A DNA stretch of 64,000 nt from Candidatus Aenigmatarchaeota archaeon. GTDB taxonomy: Archaea; Aenigmatarchaeota; Aenigmatarchaeia; GW2011-AR5. The DNA is taken from contig JACQID010000004.1 of assembly GCA_016198685.1 (NCBI GenBank), forward strand, positions 273,874 through 337,873. Reading direction: 5' to 3'. Each line of letters begins with the position of its first letter. Within the stretch, counting starts at the first letter, position 1. Shown here piece after piece: positions 9,173-18,585 of this stretch. The notes beneath the pieces were generated by a model. That model worked only from the letters and a program-made list of their open reading frames with translations. It did not search any database and was not told where the DNA came from. The translations under genes and the position numbers were made by a program.

Positions 9173-10693
9173 CTATTCGAAGAACTTCCTTACAGCCGGG
9201 TTCATGTCTTCTACATAACGCTGAGATATCTGCTCGTAGAAGTTATAGATTATCATGACCGTGAGCAGTATGCCTGTTCCGGTTCCGAGAGCACCTGTGA
9301 AATCACCAAGCGCGGCAAGCGTGCCTATCGCAAGACCGGAGATTATTGTGAGGGAAGGTATGTACCTGTTCAATACTTGCTCAACTATACGCGGGTCGCG
9401 CCTGAAGCCTGGCACCTGCATGCCCATGGATTCTATCTGGTTGGCAACGCTGCGCGCATCCATGCCTGCAGTCGTAACCCATAGAATCGAAAAGAGCACT
9501 GAGCCCGCAACAAGTATTATCAGGTATACAAATACCCTGAATATGCTTTCCGCGCTTGGCGCGCCGGTGACGCTGAGCGTTACCATTGATGCAAGGATAA
9601 GCGAAATAATTGAAGATGCGCCCAGGAATTTGCCGAGATTTGGATGCTTCATGTAGTATGCAAGAACCACCGAACCCAGCATCGCCAAAAGGAAGCTTGT
9701 GAAGAATAATTCTATTGATGTCTCACGCGGAACCTGAAGGTAATGGGCAAGGCCCGATACTGCCTGATTATTACCATCAAAGCATCCCAGTAGCCCGCAT
9801 CTTAAGCCTCCGCCAACGTCCCTTGCAAGAGCATGGCCTATGAGCTGGATGTTTGCAAGCAAGGCCGCTATAAGGATGACGGGTATGTTGCTGGTATAGA
9901 TAAGCTTGAGAGGCCAGCTTCTCGCAAAGCCCCGTACAGAAGCGAAAGCAAGAGGTATCTGCACTTTCATGGCCTGTATATACACGACCATCAAGAAAAC
10001 TATTACAGTTGAAATTATCGGCAGGAATGCGGTAAACGCCTCATAGAACTGCTGTGAGCCTATGTATTGTATCGCCTGCGGAATAAGACCAAATGAGAAC
10101 TCACTGCCTTCTCCTGCAAGCGGATTTAATGCCCGGACAAATATCGTCTTTGAAACTCCGGCTGCAATGAAAAGCGATATTCCTGACCCTATACCCCACT
10201 TGGACACAACTTCGTCCATGAAAAGTAATATTAACGCGCCGAACATGAGCTGGACTACAAGAAACGCTATGGTAACGAAATCCCGGCTTACAGGAGAAAC
10301 CGCGCCCAAGCCTACGAATATTATAGCCTCAAATATGCAGAATAATATTGCAAGCAATTTTTGCGTGCTTTGGAATTTGGCTTTGCCCGCCTCAGTGGAT
10401 GTATCTATATTGATTATCTTGGATCCTGCAAGAAGCTGTAAGATTATAGATGCAGTGACTATAGGGCCGATACCTAAGGTAATTATGGAACCAAGAGAAG
10501 AACCAAGTATCATTTCAAATGTCTGAAATTGCTGAAGAGAAGTTTCAGAGACGCCCCAAAGCGTTATCTGACCCATTATGAGAAAGATAAATAATATAAG
10601 ACCTGTCCATTTGATGCGGGATGAGAAATTAAGATAAGTGGAAGGTCCCTTGACACTGGGCAATACCCCTATGATTTTCTCGTACGCAGACAT
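9173..10693 (-). CDS. secY: Preprotein translocase SecY
   Basis: TLGIGPIVTASIILQLL, WGIGSGISLFIA, IPGFRRD-like VPGFRRDPR, GTGILLTV; terminal gene of the spc operon. Confidence 0.98.
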   Translation of the reverse strand: MSAYEKIIGVLPSVKGPSTYLNFSSRIKWTGLILFIFLIMGQITLWGVSETSLQQFQTFEMILGSSLGSIITLGIGPIVTASIILQLLAGSKIINIDTSTEAGKAKFQSTQKLLAILFCIFEAIIFVGLGAVSPVSRDFVTIAFLVVQLMFGALILLFMDEVVSKWGIGSGISLFIAAGVSKTIFVRALNPLAGEGSEFSFGLIPQAIQYIGSQQFYEAFTAFLPIISTVIVFLMVVYIQAMKVQIPLAFASVRGFARSWPLKLIYTSNIPVILIAALLANIQLIGHALARDVGGGLRCGLLGCFDGNNQAVSGLAHYLQVPRETSIELFFTSFLLAMLGSVVLAYYMKHPNLGKFLGASSIISLILASMVTLSVTGAPSAESIFRVFVYLIILVAGSVLFSILWVTTAGMDARSVANQIESMGMQVPGFRRDPRIVEQVLNRYIPSLTIISGLAIGTLAALGDFTGALGTGTGILLTVMIIYNFYEQISQRYVEDMNPAVRKFFE

Positions 10694-10697
10694 TATA

Positions 10698-11075
10698 TCA
10701 CTCGGTGATTATCTGGCCTCCGGCCTTCTCCACTTTTTCCTTAGCTGACGGAGAGCACAAAAGCACTTTCACCTTTAGGGGTTTGGAAATCTCTCCTTGC
10801 CCAAGAAGCTTGCCATATCCCATCTCTGTGAGGTTGACTTCTCCTTCAAATTTGGCAAGTTCAAAAACATTTATGACTTTAGCTCTCTCTTTCAAAGACG
10901 TGAAGCCTTTCTTGCCGAAATGACCGGGGTCCTTGGCATATACAAAGCTTCTATTGTGCTTGGAGCTGCCTCCGAGTCCCTTGCCTCCCTTGCTTCCCTT
11001 GCCTCGGTGCTTTTTCTTGGCGCCGAAGCCGTGCGTATGGCTTCCTCTTTTCTTGTTGGCTTTGTCGCTTGTCAT
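10698..11075 (-). CDS. rpl15: 50S ribosomal protein uL15
   Basis: RGSHTHGFGAKKKHRGKG, FGKKGF, YGKLLGQG. Confidence 0.96.
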   Translation of the reverse strand: MTSDKANKKRGSHTHGFGAKKKHRGKGSKGGKGLGGSSKHNRSFVYAKDPGHFGKKGFTSLKERAKVINVFELAKFEGEVNLTEMGYGKLLGQGEISKPLKVKVLLCSPSAKEKVEKAGGQIITE

Positions 11076-11395
11076 TATAACATTCTCTTTATGAGTTCAT
11101 TTATCTTTGCGCCGTTGTAGCCCAAATCACCCTGCGGTGCCTTAAGGCTGATGGATTTTATTCCCTTCCTTGGGGGCTTCAGATGTGCAACGCCTTTTAT
11201 GGCCTTCTGCGTCTCCGCATCGGCTTCGCCCCATGCAACGAAGTCGGTAACTTTCATTATCATTCCCCTGTATGTCTTGTTGTCTTCCAAGATTATAGCA
11301 GAGTTTATTTTCTTCAGGCCCATGACTCTCAGGGTTTCTTTTATATCCGCCCTGACATTCACGCTACCTCGGATTCTTACAACAACAAGCATCAT
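11075..11395 (-). CDS. rpl30: 50S ribosomal protein uL30
   Basis: VVRIRG, GMIMKVTDFVAWGE, GDLGYNGAKINELIKRML. Confidence 0.95.
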   Translation of the reverse strand: MMLVVVRIRGSVNVRADIKETLRVMGLKKINSAIILEDNKTYRGMIMKVTDFVAWGEADAETQKAIKGVAHLKPPRKGIKSISLKAPQGDLGYNGAKINELIKRML

Positions 11396-12051
11396 TTCAC
11401 CTTATGAAGATTCATCTTTTTCAACGCATCAAAAACGGCATAAGAGTAGTTTACGTGGCTGGATGTGTGGCCGTAGCTCTTGGCCCATATGTCCTTTATG
11501 CCGGCCAATCTCATCATCTTCTTGGCTTCATTGTTGATACACAATCCTATGCCTTTTGGCGCAGGTATAAGAACGACCTTGACTGAGCCTGCCTTGCCTT
11601 CCGCCATCATAGGTATTGAATGAGGCTCATTGCATGAGCATTCCCAAGAACCGCATCCTCTCTTGACAGGTATCATGTTGAGCTTGGCATTTTCAATTGC
11701 CTTGCCAATGGCTATTCTATTTTCCTTTGCACTGGCCTTGCCTATTCCAATGTATCCATTCTTGTTGCCTATGCAAGCAACGGATGAGATAGTATATCTT
11801 CTGCCGCTCATGTGCATTCTTGTGGTTCTCTTCGTCGAGGTCATCCTCTTTCCCCCGCCTTTTCCGGAAGAACCGCCTACATAAATAAGATCATTCTCAA
11901 GCATTGGGACGAGCTTGTCAACTATCTGCGGCTCCTTGATTATCTTGCCCGAGCTAAATATGTCATCAAGCGATGCCACGGAGCCGTTCAATACGTTCCT
12001 GCCCAGCTCCGTTCTTGGTACCCAATTTTGCATGTTATCGTTTGCCATCAT
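11392..12051 (-). CDS. rps5: 30S ribosomal protein uS5
   Basis: WVPRTELG, PVKRGCGSWECSC, LIPAPKGIGL. Confidence 0.97.
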   Translation of the reverse strand: MMANDNMQNWVPRTELGRNVLNGSVASLDDIFSSGKIIKEPQIVDKLVPMLENDLIYVGGSSGKGGGKRMTSTKRTTRMHMSGRRYTISSVACIGNKNGYIGIGKASAKENRIAIGKAIENAKLNMIPVKRGCGSWECSCNEPHSIPMMAEGKAGSVKVVLIPAPKGIGLCINNEAKKMMRLAGIKDIWAKSYGHTSSHVNYSYAVFDALKKMNLHKVK

Positions 12052-12614
12052 TCATTCCCCTTAGCGTTTTTGATTGCCAATTTGACTTCATCGAAGTTCT
12101 TGGCTATATCTTCCGGATTGAAGCCAGATTTGAGATACGATGAAAATTGCTTTTCATAGGCTGCTTTGTTCTTGGACTTTAAGAGTTTTGCGTATTGGGC
12201 AATATGCTCGCCGCGTATTCTTGCATCATCAGGGAACGCCTCGCCGGCTGATATGTTCAGGCCAGCATCCTTTGCGCCTTTGATGGCTGCATATATCGCA
12301 ACGCCCTTTCTTGAATATTGAAGGCCTATATCGGCTATAGCTTCCTTTACGCCATGCTTGATCGCTTTTGTTGCGGCAAGCATACCTGCAAGATATGCCG
12401 CAGGCACGCTTCCGCTGTGCCCTTTCCACCCAAGCGAAGCAAGATCAAGAGAGCTTGCTTCTGTTAGTGTCTTGTCGCCGGACCTTATGAACTCGACAAT
12501 TTGAATAAGTATTTTGTTGTTGGTTTTTCTGATTACAAGCCTCGGAAGGCCTGATTTCAGTAATGCCAGTCTCTGCCTGTAATCCGTTTTCTCATTAAGC
12601 CTTCTTTTTAGCAT
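12048..12614 (-). CDS. rpl18: 50S ribosomal protein uL18
   Basis: KTDYRQRLALLKSGLPRLVIRKTN, PAAYLAG, AILDIG-like AIADIGL. Confidence 0.96.
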   Translation of the reverse strand: MLKRRLNEKTDYRQRLALLKSGLPRLVIRKTNNKILIQIVEFIRSGDKTLTEASSLDLASLGWKGHSGSVPAAYLAGMLAATKAIKHGVKEAIADIGLQYSRKGVAIYAAIKGAKDAGLNISAGEAFPDDARIRGEHIAQYAKLLKSKNKAAYEKQFSSYLKSGFNPEDIAKNFDEVKLAIKNAKGNE

Positions 12615-13062
12615 TTGAATCCCTCAGCATCTTGTTTCTTTCTAAGTATGTCATCATGTGAGCCCTGCTTCTGAAGAAGCCGCTGCCCGCTTTCCTGTAA
12701 ACCTGTCTGTATATCTTCTGATCCATGGAACCACGAACCAAGTTCAATTGGTCCCGCAACGCGCGGATAGTCTTCATCCAGCTTTCTTTTCTTGAAAGGC
12801 CCACAGTGGCTTTTCCTTTTCTGGAACCTATCCCTTTTCTTCTGCCCTTTCTCTTCTGGGCAAGCACGGCACGCGCCCTGCCTCTGCTGTTGCCCTTAGC
12901 AGGCAGCTCCTTTATGGCACCCTGCATGGAGAGTCTTCTTATGTCCGCGGCCGTTATAGCCTCAGCTATATCAGCGCCTCTTGCCGGATCGAACCATACT
13001 CGGCTCTCTCCGCATTTCAGCACGCGGGCCGCTATTTTCTTCTGAGATGTCAGTTGTGCCAT
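12595..13062 (-). CDS. rpl19e: 50S ribosomal protein eL19
   Basis: QKKIAARVLKCGESRVWFDP, GIGSRKG, WMKTIRALR; start placed at ATG 13062. Confidence 0.96.
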   Translation of the reverse strand: MAQLTSQKKIAARVLKCGESRVWFDPARGADIAEAITAADIRRLSMQGAIKELPAKGNSRGRARAVLAQKRKGRRKGIGSRKGKATVGLSRKESWMKTIRALRDQLNLVRGSMDQKIYRQVYRKAGSGFFRSRAHMMTYLERNKMLRDSNAKKKA

Positions 13063-13066
13063 AATA

Positions 13067-13231
13067 TCAGTTCCACATTGCTTCTCCTTCGTTCGGGTAT
13101 CCAAAGAATCCGAACTTATCGTATGCCATTTCGCACTTTCCGCACTGGAACAGGCCCTTGCTTATCTTATTAAGCCTGTCGCCTGCGTTGCCGCATACCG
13201 GGCAATTCTTGTCTGCAAATTTTATGAACAT
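13067..13231 (-). CDS. 54-aa zinc-ribbon protein of unknown function inside spc operon
   Basis: Hand translation MFIKFADKNCPVCGNAGDRLNKISKGLFQCGKCEMAYDKFGFFGYPNEGEAMWN*; 2 nt after the rpl32e stop, 4 nt before the rpl19e ATG. Confidence 0.8.
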   Translation of the reverse strand: MFIKFADKNCPVCGNAGDRLNKISKGLFQCGKCEMAYDKFGFFGYPNEGEAMWN

Positions 13232-13233
13232 TT

Positions 13234-13665
13234 CTATTCAGCCTTCTTTTCCTTTTTTGAAGCTTCTTTCTTGGCTTCCTCTTTCTTGACATTGGTTTTT
13301 TTCGCTTCTGCCGCTTTTGCGAGCTTCTCTGCACTTCTGATCCTTTGCCTGTTAAATATTTCAATGCCAAGTTCTTTGGCTTTAGCTGCGATCTCAAGAA
13401 CGCTCTTCCGCCCCAGAGTTGAAGAAAGCATGGCAGTATCGCCCTTGTTGAGCTTCTGCAGATCTGTCAAGCCACAAACATATATTACATTCGTGCCTTT
13501 GATAGTTCCTCTTGTGGATCTCTGGGTTCGGTAGCCGATCTTCGGAACCTTTCCAGCGCCTCCCCTGCGCTCACGCATCTTGCTTTGGCCGCCCTTAGGC
13601 GCTCTCCATTTTGTTCCAAGCTTGCTGTGGAACTGATTGTCCTGTCGTCTGAATCTTTTGCTCAT
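13234..13665 (-). CDS. rpl32e: 50S ribosomal protein eL32
   Basis: FRRQD, WRAPKGGQSKMR, PKIGYR. Confidence 0.95.
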   Translation of the reverse strand: MSKRFRRQDNQFHSKLGTKWRAPKGGQSKMRERRGGAGKVPKIGYRTQRSTRGTIKGTNVIYVCGLTDLQKLNKGDTAMLSSTLGRKSVLEIAAKAKELGIEIFNRQRIRSAEKLAKAAEAKKTNVKKEEAKKEASKKEKKAE

Positions 13666-14210
13666 AGCTTCTCCCCTGTCTGAAGTTTCTTGTCAACCAC
13701 ATAAATGCCATCATTGAAGACTCTGCCGTCCCTTTCGACTATCTTGCAGATTTCCTCGATGTTCCTGCAAGTCTGGCCTACATCTTCCAAATCTGTTCCC
13801 TTTACAATTACGGTGTCCTTTGTTGCCTTGACGTCCACCTTGCCCTTTATCTTTGTCATTCGCGGGGCCTTTTCGCCAAGGAAGTTCTTGACAAGTATAT
13901 CCTTGTCCTTCACTTCAACATTTATTGGAAAGTGCGAATAGTGAATCTTCATCGTGTATTCGTAACCTTTTGTCACGCCTGCTATCATGTTCTTGGCATG
14001 AGCCGCTATTGCCCCTACCATGGCCTTGATCTGTCGTCTCTCACTCTCCGAGGATACGACAAAATTATCATTTTTCTCCATCTTCACTATGCCGTTAAAC
14101 AATGGATTCTCAAAATTCTTTGATAGTTCGCCCTTGGGACCCTTGATCCTAAGTTCCATTCCCTGGATCGTGACATCAACGCCCTTTGGTATAGCAACTT
14201 CTTTCTTCAT
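13662..14210 (-). CDS. rpl6: 50S ribosomal protein uL6
   Basis: IKGPKGEL, YSHFPINV, NFLGEK, DGRVFNDGIYV. Confidence 0.97.
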   Translation of the reverse strand: MKKEVAIPKGVDVTIQGMELRIKGPKGELSKNFENPLFNGIVKMEKNDNFVVSSESERRQIKAMVGAIAAHAKNMIAGVTKGYEYTMKIHYSHFPINVEVKDKDILVKNFLGEKAPRMTKIKGKVDVKATKDTVIVKGTDLEDVGQTCRNIEEICKIVERDGRVFNDGIYVVDKKLQTGEKL

Positions 14211-14248
14211 TTTTACATCCTCGATTTAGCTATAGCGATTTTTTCCCC

Positions 14249-14635
14249 TCAGTAAACATAAGCCACAAGCTTTCCGCCTGTGCCCTTCTCCACGGCGGTC
14301 TTCTTTGTCATAACGCCTGTTGGCGTGGAAAGTATGAGAGTTCCCATGTCTCGCGCAGGAAGAAATCTTGTTTCCCATTTCTTGAAACCTGAAGTCTTTG
14401 CTGCAAACCTGGGCCGCACGGCTCTTGACATGTTTATCTTGCCCTTCATCTCGACTCGGAATTTGCCAGACTTCTGGTCATCAACGAACTCGAAGCTTCC
14501 GATGTATCCTTCTTCCTGAAGTATCTTGAGCACGCTCTTTACAGTACTCGACGCAGGCACGATGCATTCCTGCTTGCCGAACTTATCGGCATTATTGAGC
14601 GAATACATGACATCCGGCAAAATATCGTGCCTCAT
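14249..14635 (-). CDS. rps8: 30S ribosomal protein uS8
   Basis: VLKILQEEGYIGSFE, RFLPARDMGTLILSTPTGVM; AGGAGG RBS before ATG 14635. Confidence 0.96.
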   Translation of the reverse strand: MRHDILPDVMYSLNNADKFGKQECIVPASSTVKSVLKILQEEGYIGSFEFVDDQKSGKFRVEMKGKINMSRAVRPRFAAKTSGFKKWETRFLPARDMGTLILSTPTGVMTKKTAVEKGTGGKLVAYVY

Positions 14636-14679
14636 GCTGTCGTTCCTCCTGTATATTTCATTGAAATTTTCATCATTCT

Positions 14680-14838
14680 TCACCTGTACTTATGGAAACC
14701 AAGATCAGCCGCAACCTCACGGAAGCATCTTCTGCAATACATGAGGCTATATTTTCTTATGAGGCCTCTCATGTTGCCGCATCTGACGCACTTGCGTGCG
14801 CCCTCGCCTTGTTTTCTCTTTGTAGCTTTCAAGCGCAT
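14680..14838 (-). CDS. rps14: 30S ribosomal protein uS14 (zinc type), below ORF-track cutoff
   Basis: [52 protein letters not shown]. Confidence 0.97.
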   Translation of the reverse strand: MRLKATKRKQGEGARKCVRCGNMRGLIRKYSLMYCRRCFREVAADLGFHKYR

Positions 14839-14843
14839 AATTA

Positions 14844-15335
14844 TCACTCCACCTTAACGTTGAATTTCTCCTTCACGAACTGGACGGCTTCGTCCTTTGT
14901 TATCACATGCTTCTTGCCCAGCTTGTGCGGATGTCTCTTCTTCTTGACTGCGTAGCCAGGCCTTTCCAGAGTCACGCATACATCCATGCCTATAACGCCT
15001 ATCTTTGGGTCATAGTCCATTCCAGGTACGTCAATGTATTCCTTGATGCCGAAAGCAAAATTGCCCTTGTCATCGAAACTGGATGTCTTGATCCTGTTTT
15101 CATTTGCTTCAAGCATCCTCTTTGCGAACTTTGCCGCATCGTGTCTTATTGTGATCTTGCAGCCTATAGGCTTGTTCTTCGGAACTCCGAACGTGTTTCT
15201 CTTTGCAGTCTTGATTATTACAGGAGTTTTCTCGGTCAGCCTTTCCAGTATCTTTTTGGCGTTCTCGACAGGCGTATGAGTGCCGCAACCGATGTTGCAC
15301 ACTATTTTTTCAATGCGTATCTCTTTCATGGCCAT
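14844..15335 (-). CDS. rpl5: 50S ribosomal protein uL5
   Basis: [41 protein letters not shown]. Confidence 0.97.
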   Translation of the reverse strand: MAMKEIRIEKIVCNIGCGTHTPVENAKKILERLTEKTPVIIKTAKRNTFGVPKNKPIGCKITIRHDAAKFAKRMLEANENRIKTSSFDDKGNFAFGIKEYIDVPGMDYDPKIGVIGMDVCVTLERPGYAVKKKRHPHKLGKKHVITKDEAVQFVKEKFNVKVE

Positions 15336-15336
15336 T

Positions 15337-16032
15337 TCATTCACCGCGAGTCTCCGCAACGTTTATTACGGGCGAGTCTTCTCCTATGACGAACACATAA
15401 TCCTTAGGAACTACGACATCCTTACCTTCGCTTTCCAGGACTATTATTTCAGATTCAGAGCCGGTTGTTGATATCATCTTCTTTATCTTGCCTGACGTGC
15501 CCACGTTCTTTCCTTCAAGTATAAGGCCGTGAGAGCCTGTCTTCATTTTGAGAACGCCCTTTATAGTGCCTGTTTGAACGTCAATCATTAGCGTGTCTCC
15601 TGTGCTATACTCTCCTGTTTCGGCAATTATGTTCCTGCCGTTGTAGAGGTTAAGCTGCATTCTGCCTTTTTTGAGAACAGTCTTGTTACTTATTTTAGCG
15701 AGCTTTGTTGCTGCAGCAGATTTGAGGAACCTCATGCCGTTCTTCTTTGGCAATGCAAGATATGTTTCCTTTCCTATCGTGATTATATCCATAAATCCTA
15801 CGGGGAACTTAACATCCCTTCTAGTTATGCCGTCGACCTTGATAAGGCCCCGATTCACCAGCTCCTTGGCTTCCTTCATTGTGCCTGCAAACTTCATCGC
15901 ATCCCTGAGGAAGATGCCTATCGGCATTGAAGTCTTGCTGTTGTGAGGTCCTGGCAATAATTTGAGTGCATATTTCTTCGTTTTTCTCTCAAGTGGCCAG
16001 AACACCGGCATCACATAACGCTTAAGGCTCAT
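15337..16032 (-). CDS. rps4e: 30S ribosomal protein eS4
   Basis: LKRYVMP..W, PGPH, VDGITRRDVKFPVGFMD. Confidence 0.96.
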   Translation of the reverse strand: MSLKRYVMPVFWPLERKTKKYALKLLPGPHNSKTSMPIGIFLRDAMKFAGTMKEAKELVNRGLIKVDGITRRDVKFPVGFMDIITIGKETYLALPKKNGMRFLKSAAATKLAKISNKTVLKKGRMQLNLYNGRNIIAETGEYSTGDTLMIDVQTGTIKGVLKMKTGSHGLILEGKNVGTSGKIKKMISTTGSESEIIVLESEGKDVVVPKDYVFVIGEDSPVINVAETRGE

Positions 16033-16397
16033 TTCTTAATCCTCCTCTTCTTGTCATCTCTAAAGATTTTTATTATTTTCACGTTGCTTGGGTCAACAGG
16101 CACGTTGGCTTCCTGTCCGGATACCTTTTTTCTCTTTACGCCTTCAATATAAACCTTCAGCGCCTTGGCATCGACTCGCGTGACTGCGCCCCTGATTTTC
16201 TTGAATTCTCCTCGTGTGATTATGACTTCGTCGCCCTTTCTTAATTTCATGCTTCGTCTTCCTGTCTCCTCCCTCAAAGCCTTGTCTAGGTGAGCCGAAA
16301 GGAAGGCCTGCCTGATGTGACCAGGCGCATTATACCTGAACTTCCTTTGCTTCCTTGGCTGGGAGCTTGTCTTCCATTCTGCTGAATATGCTTTCAT
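16029..16397 (-). CDS. rpl24: 50S ribosomal protein uL24
   Basis: SSQPRKQRKFRYNAP, KGDEVIITRG, PVDPSNV. Confidence 0.96.
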   Translation of the reverse strand: MKAYSAEWKTSSQPRKQRKFRYNAPGHIRQAFLSAHLDKALREETGRRSMKLRKGDEVIITRGEFKKIRGAVTRVDAKALKVYIEGVKRKKVSGQEANVPVDPSNVKIIKIFRDDKKRRIKK

Positions 16398-16402
16398 GAT
16401 TA

Positions 16403-16804
16403 TCACACTACCAAACTTGCTATCTTCCCTATCATTGAAAATCTTTCCACGGCTTCCTTGGCTATGACGGTCCTGATTTCAGTTCCCGTCGGTTCGAATG
16501 TTTTTGAGTTGACAAGAACAGCCGCGTTGTCGCTGAATTTTACTCTTGTTCCGTCCGATCTTCTGAATTCCTTCTTCTGCCTGACTATGACGCAATACAC
16601 CATCTGATGCATTACTTTTTCCTTGCCTTTCTTGACCGCGCATATGACCACGTCGCCTACGCCGGCCTTGGGATTTCTTCTCTGAACTCCCTTGTATCCC
16701 TTGACTGCTATTATCTCAAGTTCCTTTGCGCCGGAATTGTCAGCGCACTTTATCCTTGACATTATCTGCAGTGCCTTGGGAATTCTTGCTGATACTGCTT
16801 TCAT
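16403..16804 (-). CDS. rpl14: 50S ribosomal protein uL14
   Basis: CADNSGAK, VIVRQKKEFRR, FSDNAAVLV. Confidence 0.98.
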   Translation of the reverse strand: MKAVSARIPKALQIMSRIKCADNSGAKELEIIAVKGYKGVQRRNPKAGVGDVVICAVKKGKEKVMHQMVYCVIVRQKKEFRRSDGTRVKFSDNAAVLVNSKTFEPTGTEIRTVIAKEAVERFSMIGKIASLVV

Positions 16805-17133
16805 TTCTTATCAACCACCACGAACTTCTTTGTCTTTGAGAGTGGTCTGCACTCGGCTATGGTCACCATGTCTCCTATTGAAGCAGACAAGCATTCCGGA
16901 TTGTAAGCCGCAACTTTTGTGTTCCTTCTCTCGTACCTCTCGTACTTAGGCACATAATTATAATAATGCCACTTGACTATTGCGGTCTTCTGGGCCCTGT
17001 TGGACACTACTTCACCCCTGAATATCCTTCCGCGGACCTTAAGGTGACCGTGCCATGGGCACTTGTTGTCAGAGCACTTGCCCTTCGGCGCGTTAACGCC
17101 AACGCCTATGTCCTTTTTTGATTCTTTGTCCAT
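16801..17133 (-). CDS. rps17: 30S ribosomal protein uS17
   Basis: CPWHG, PKYERYERR, AECRPLSKTK. Confidence 0.98.
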   Translation of the reverse strand: MDKESKKDIGVGVNAPKGKCSDNKCPWHGHLKVRGRIFRGEVVSNRAQKTAIVKWHYYNYVPKYERYERRNTKVAAYNPECLSASIGDMVTIAECRPLSKTKKFVVVDKK

Positions 17134-17137
17134 CTTT

Positions 17138-17413
17138 TCACCATCTTGATATCTTCTTCTTTATCCTGTCCTCGGGCCTTGCGATTATAAAATTTCCATC
17201 CACGTCCACTTTTTTTCCATCCAGCATGAATCGGAAAACCGAGTTTTTCTTTTCGATTTTCTTGTCCCCTGACGAAGTTCTCACGACCATGACCCGCATA
17301 CCCTCATCTATCACCCGGCCGTTGATGCCGGTTTGCGACAAGTTCGAGGATTGCACGATTTCGCATTCAAGCCCTATGAATTCGTGACGTACAAGATTCC
17401 TTGCGTTTCTCAT
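17138..17413 (-). CDS. rnp1: Ribonuclease P protein component 1 (p29)
   Basis: HEFIGL, GINGRVIDE, RPEDRIKK; conserved position. Confidence 0.93.
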   Translation of the reverse strand: MRNARNLVRHEFIGLECEIVQSSNLSQTGINGRVIDEGMRVMVVRTSSGDKKIEKKNSVFRFMLDGKKVDVDGNFIIARPEDRIKKKISRW

Positions 17414-17719
17414 TCACTTCACTTCTATCATGTCTTCGGGAAATCCTTCCTGCACAAGTATTTTCTTGACCTTCTCCTTATGGTTTCCCTGAAGCTCTAT
17501 TTCTCCGTTCTTGTGGGTTCCCCCGCAAGCTAATTTCGATTTGAGCTTTGTCGTCACTTCCCTCAGGCTTATTTGCTTCTCGTCTATGCCCTTTATCACG
17601 GTAGTATATTTGCCGTATCTTTTTTGTTGCGTGTTTATAGTTATTTTTCTAGACTCTTTTGCTATCGTCTCGCATACGCATAGTTCTTTTGGCAAACCGC
17701 ATTTTGGGCAAACTGCTAT
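17414..17719 (-). CDS. sui1: Translation initiation factor aIF1/SUI1; proposed ATA start at 17719
   Basis: (M)AVCPKCGLPKELCVCE..., KLACGGT, IELQGNH; first in-frame NTG (TTG 17695) truncates the CPKCG motif. Confidence 0.93.
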   Translation of the reverse strand: MAVCPKCGLPKELCVCETIAKESRKITINTQQKRYGKYTTVIKGIDEKQISLREVTTKLKSKLACGGTHKNGEIELQGNHKEKVKKILVQEGFPEDMIEVK

Positions 17720-17916
17720 TGTGAACCACCTCTCTTTTTGGTCAGGAGCCTCGCTATAGTACGCCTCATTTCCCTGATATTTCCGGGATTCTTGACAGTA
17801 CTTCCGATTTCACTCAGCGCCATTTCTTTTGACATTTCGAGTTTTATCTCCTGTATCTTGGCGTCTATTTCTGATGCCTTCATGGCCTTCAACTTGTCTT
17901 TCTTTATTAACGCCAT
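17716..17916 (-). CDS. rpl29: 50S ribosomal protein uL29
   Basis: NPGNIREMRRTIARLLT; position after rps3. Confidence 0.93.
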   Translation of the reverse strand: MALIKKDKLKAMKASEIDAKIQEIKLEMSKEMALSEIGSTVKNPGNIREMRRTIARLLTKKRGGSQ

Positions 17917-17918
17917 AA

Positions 17919-18581
17919 TTATTCCTCTTTCATCTCTTGAACAGCATCTACTTTTACCGTCGTTGCTTCCTGCATCGGTACAGCAGCCTCGGCTATCTTT
18001 CTTACGCTGTTTGCGATCGACTGCGGATAATCAACCATTATCTGCACTGTCACGCCTATGTTACCGAGCTTGGGATTGGCAACCGCAAATCCCGTGCGAA
18101 CATGCTGCTTTGCAAGTTCGCCGGATTTCTTCACATATCCTGCAACGAACCTGTCTCTTCTTGAGCGCTCGCCCGAAAGTTTTCCGGACATCACTATTTC
18201 GCATCCTACTGCACCTGACCTCATTATCTTCTCAAGATAAAAGTTTCCAAGCCTCTTGTAGTTGACTCCTGATTCTATCTGCGAAGCCAGACTCTTTGCC
18301 ATGATAACAGCATCAAGGTTTGCATCATCTATCTTCTGAACGTCTATCTGCGGATTGTCTATCTTGAAATGAAGTCTCAATATGTCCGTTATTTCCCTTA
18401 TTTTTTCGCCACCTGATCCTATTATGAGCCCGGGAGTAGTTGTATGAAGCACTATTCTCGTCATTATAGGCGTCTTCTGGATTTCTATATCGCCCACCTT
18501 GGCTGTTGAGAAGTGCTTCCTGATGAACTCTTGCATATTGACTTCTTCCTTGGCCTTGGCTATGAATATTCTTTCTTTCAT
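17919..18581 (-). CDS. rps3: 30S ribosomal protein uS3
   Basis: PGLIIGSGG KH motif, GAVGCEIVMSGKL; start placed at ATG 18581. Confidence 0.96.
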   Translation of the reverse strand: MKERIFIAKAKEEVNMQEFIRKHFSTAKVGDIEIQKTPIMTRIVLHTTTPGLIIGSGGEKIREITDILRLHFKIDNPQIDVQKIDDANLDAVIMAKSLASQIESGVNYKRLGNFYLEKIMRSGAVGCEIVMSGKLSGERSRRDRFVAGYVKKSGELAKQHVRTGFAVANPKLGNIGVTVQIMVDYPQSIANSVRKIAEAAVPMQEATTVKVDAVQEMKEE

Positions 18582-18585
18582 TGTT

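Noticed and set aside
8744-9484. ORFs 8744-8938, 8808-9005, 9049-9258, 9059-9484
   Set aside because: Overlap tRNA-Gly, the structured element or antisense secY; no protein motifs
12048-12614. rpl18 lacks the usual N-terminal residues and overlaps rpl19e
   Set aside because: Core motifs intact; short N-terminal trimming is common in reduced genomes
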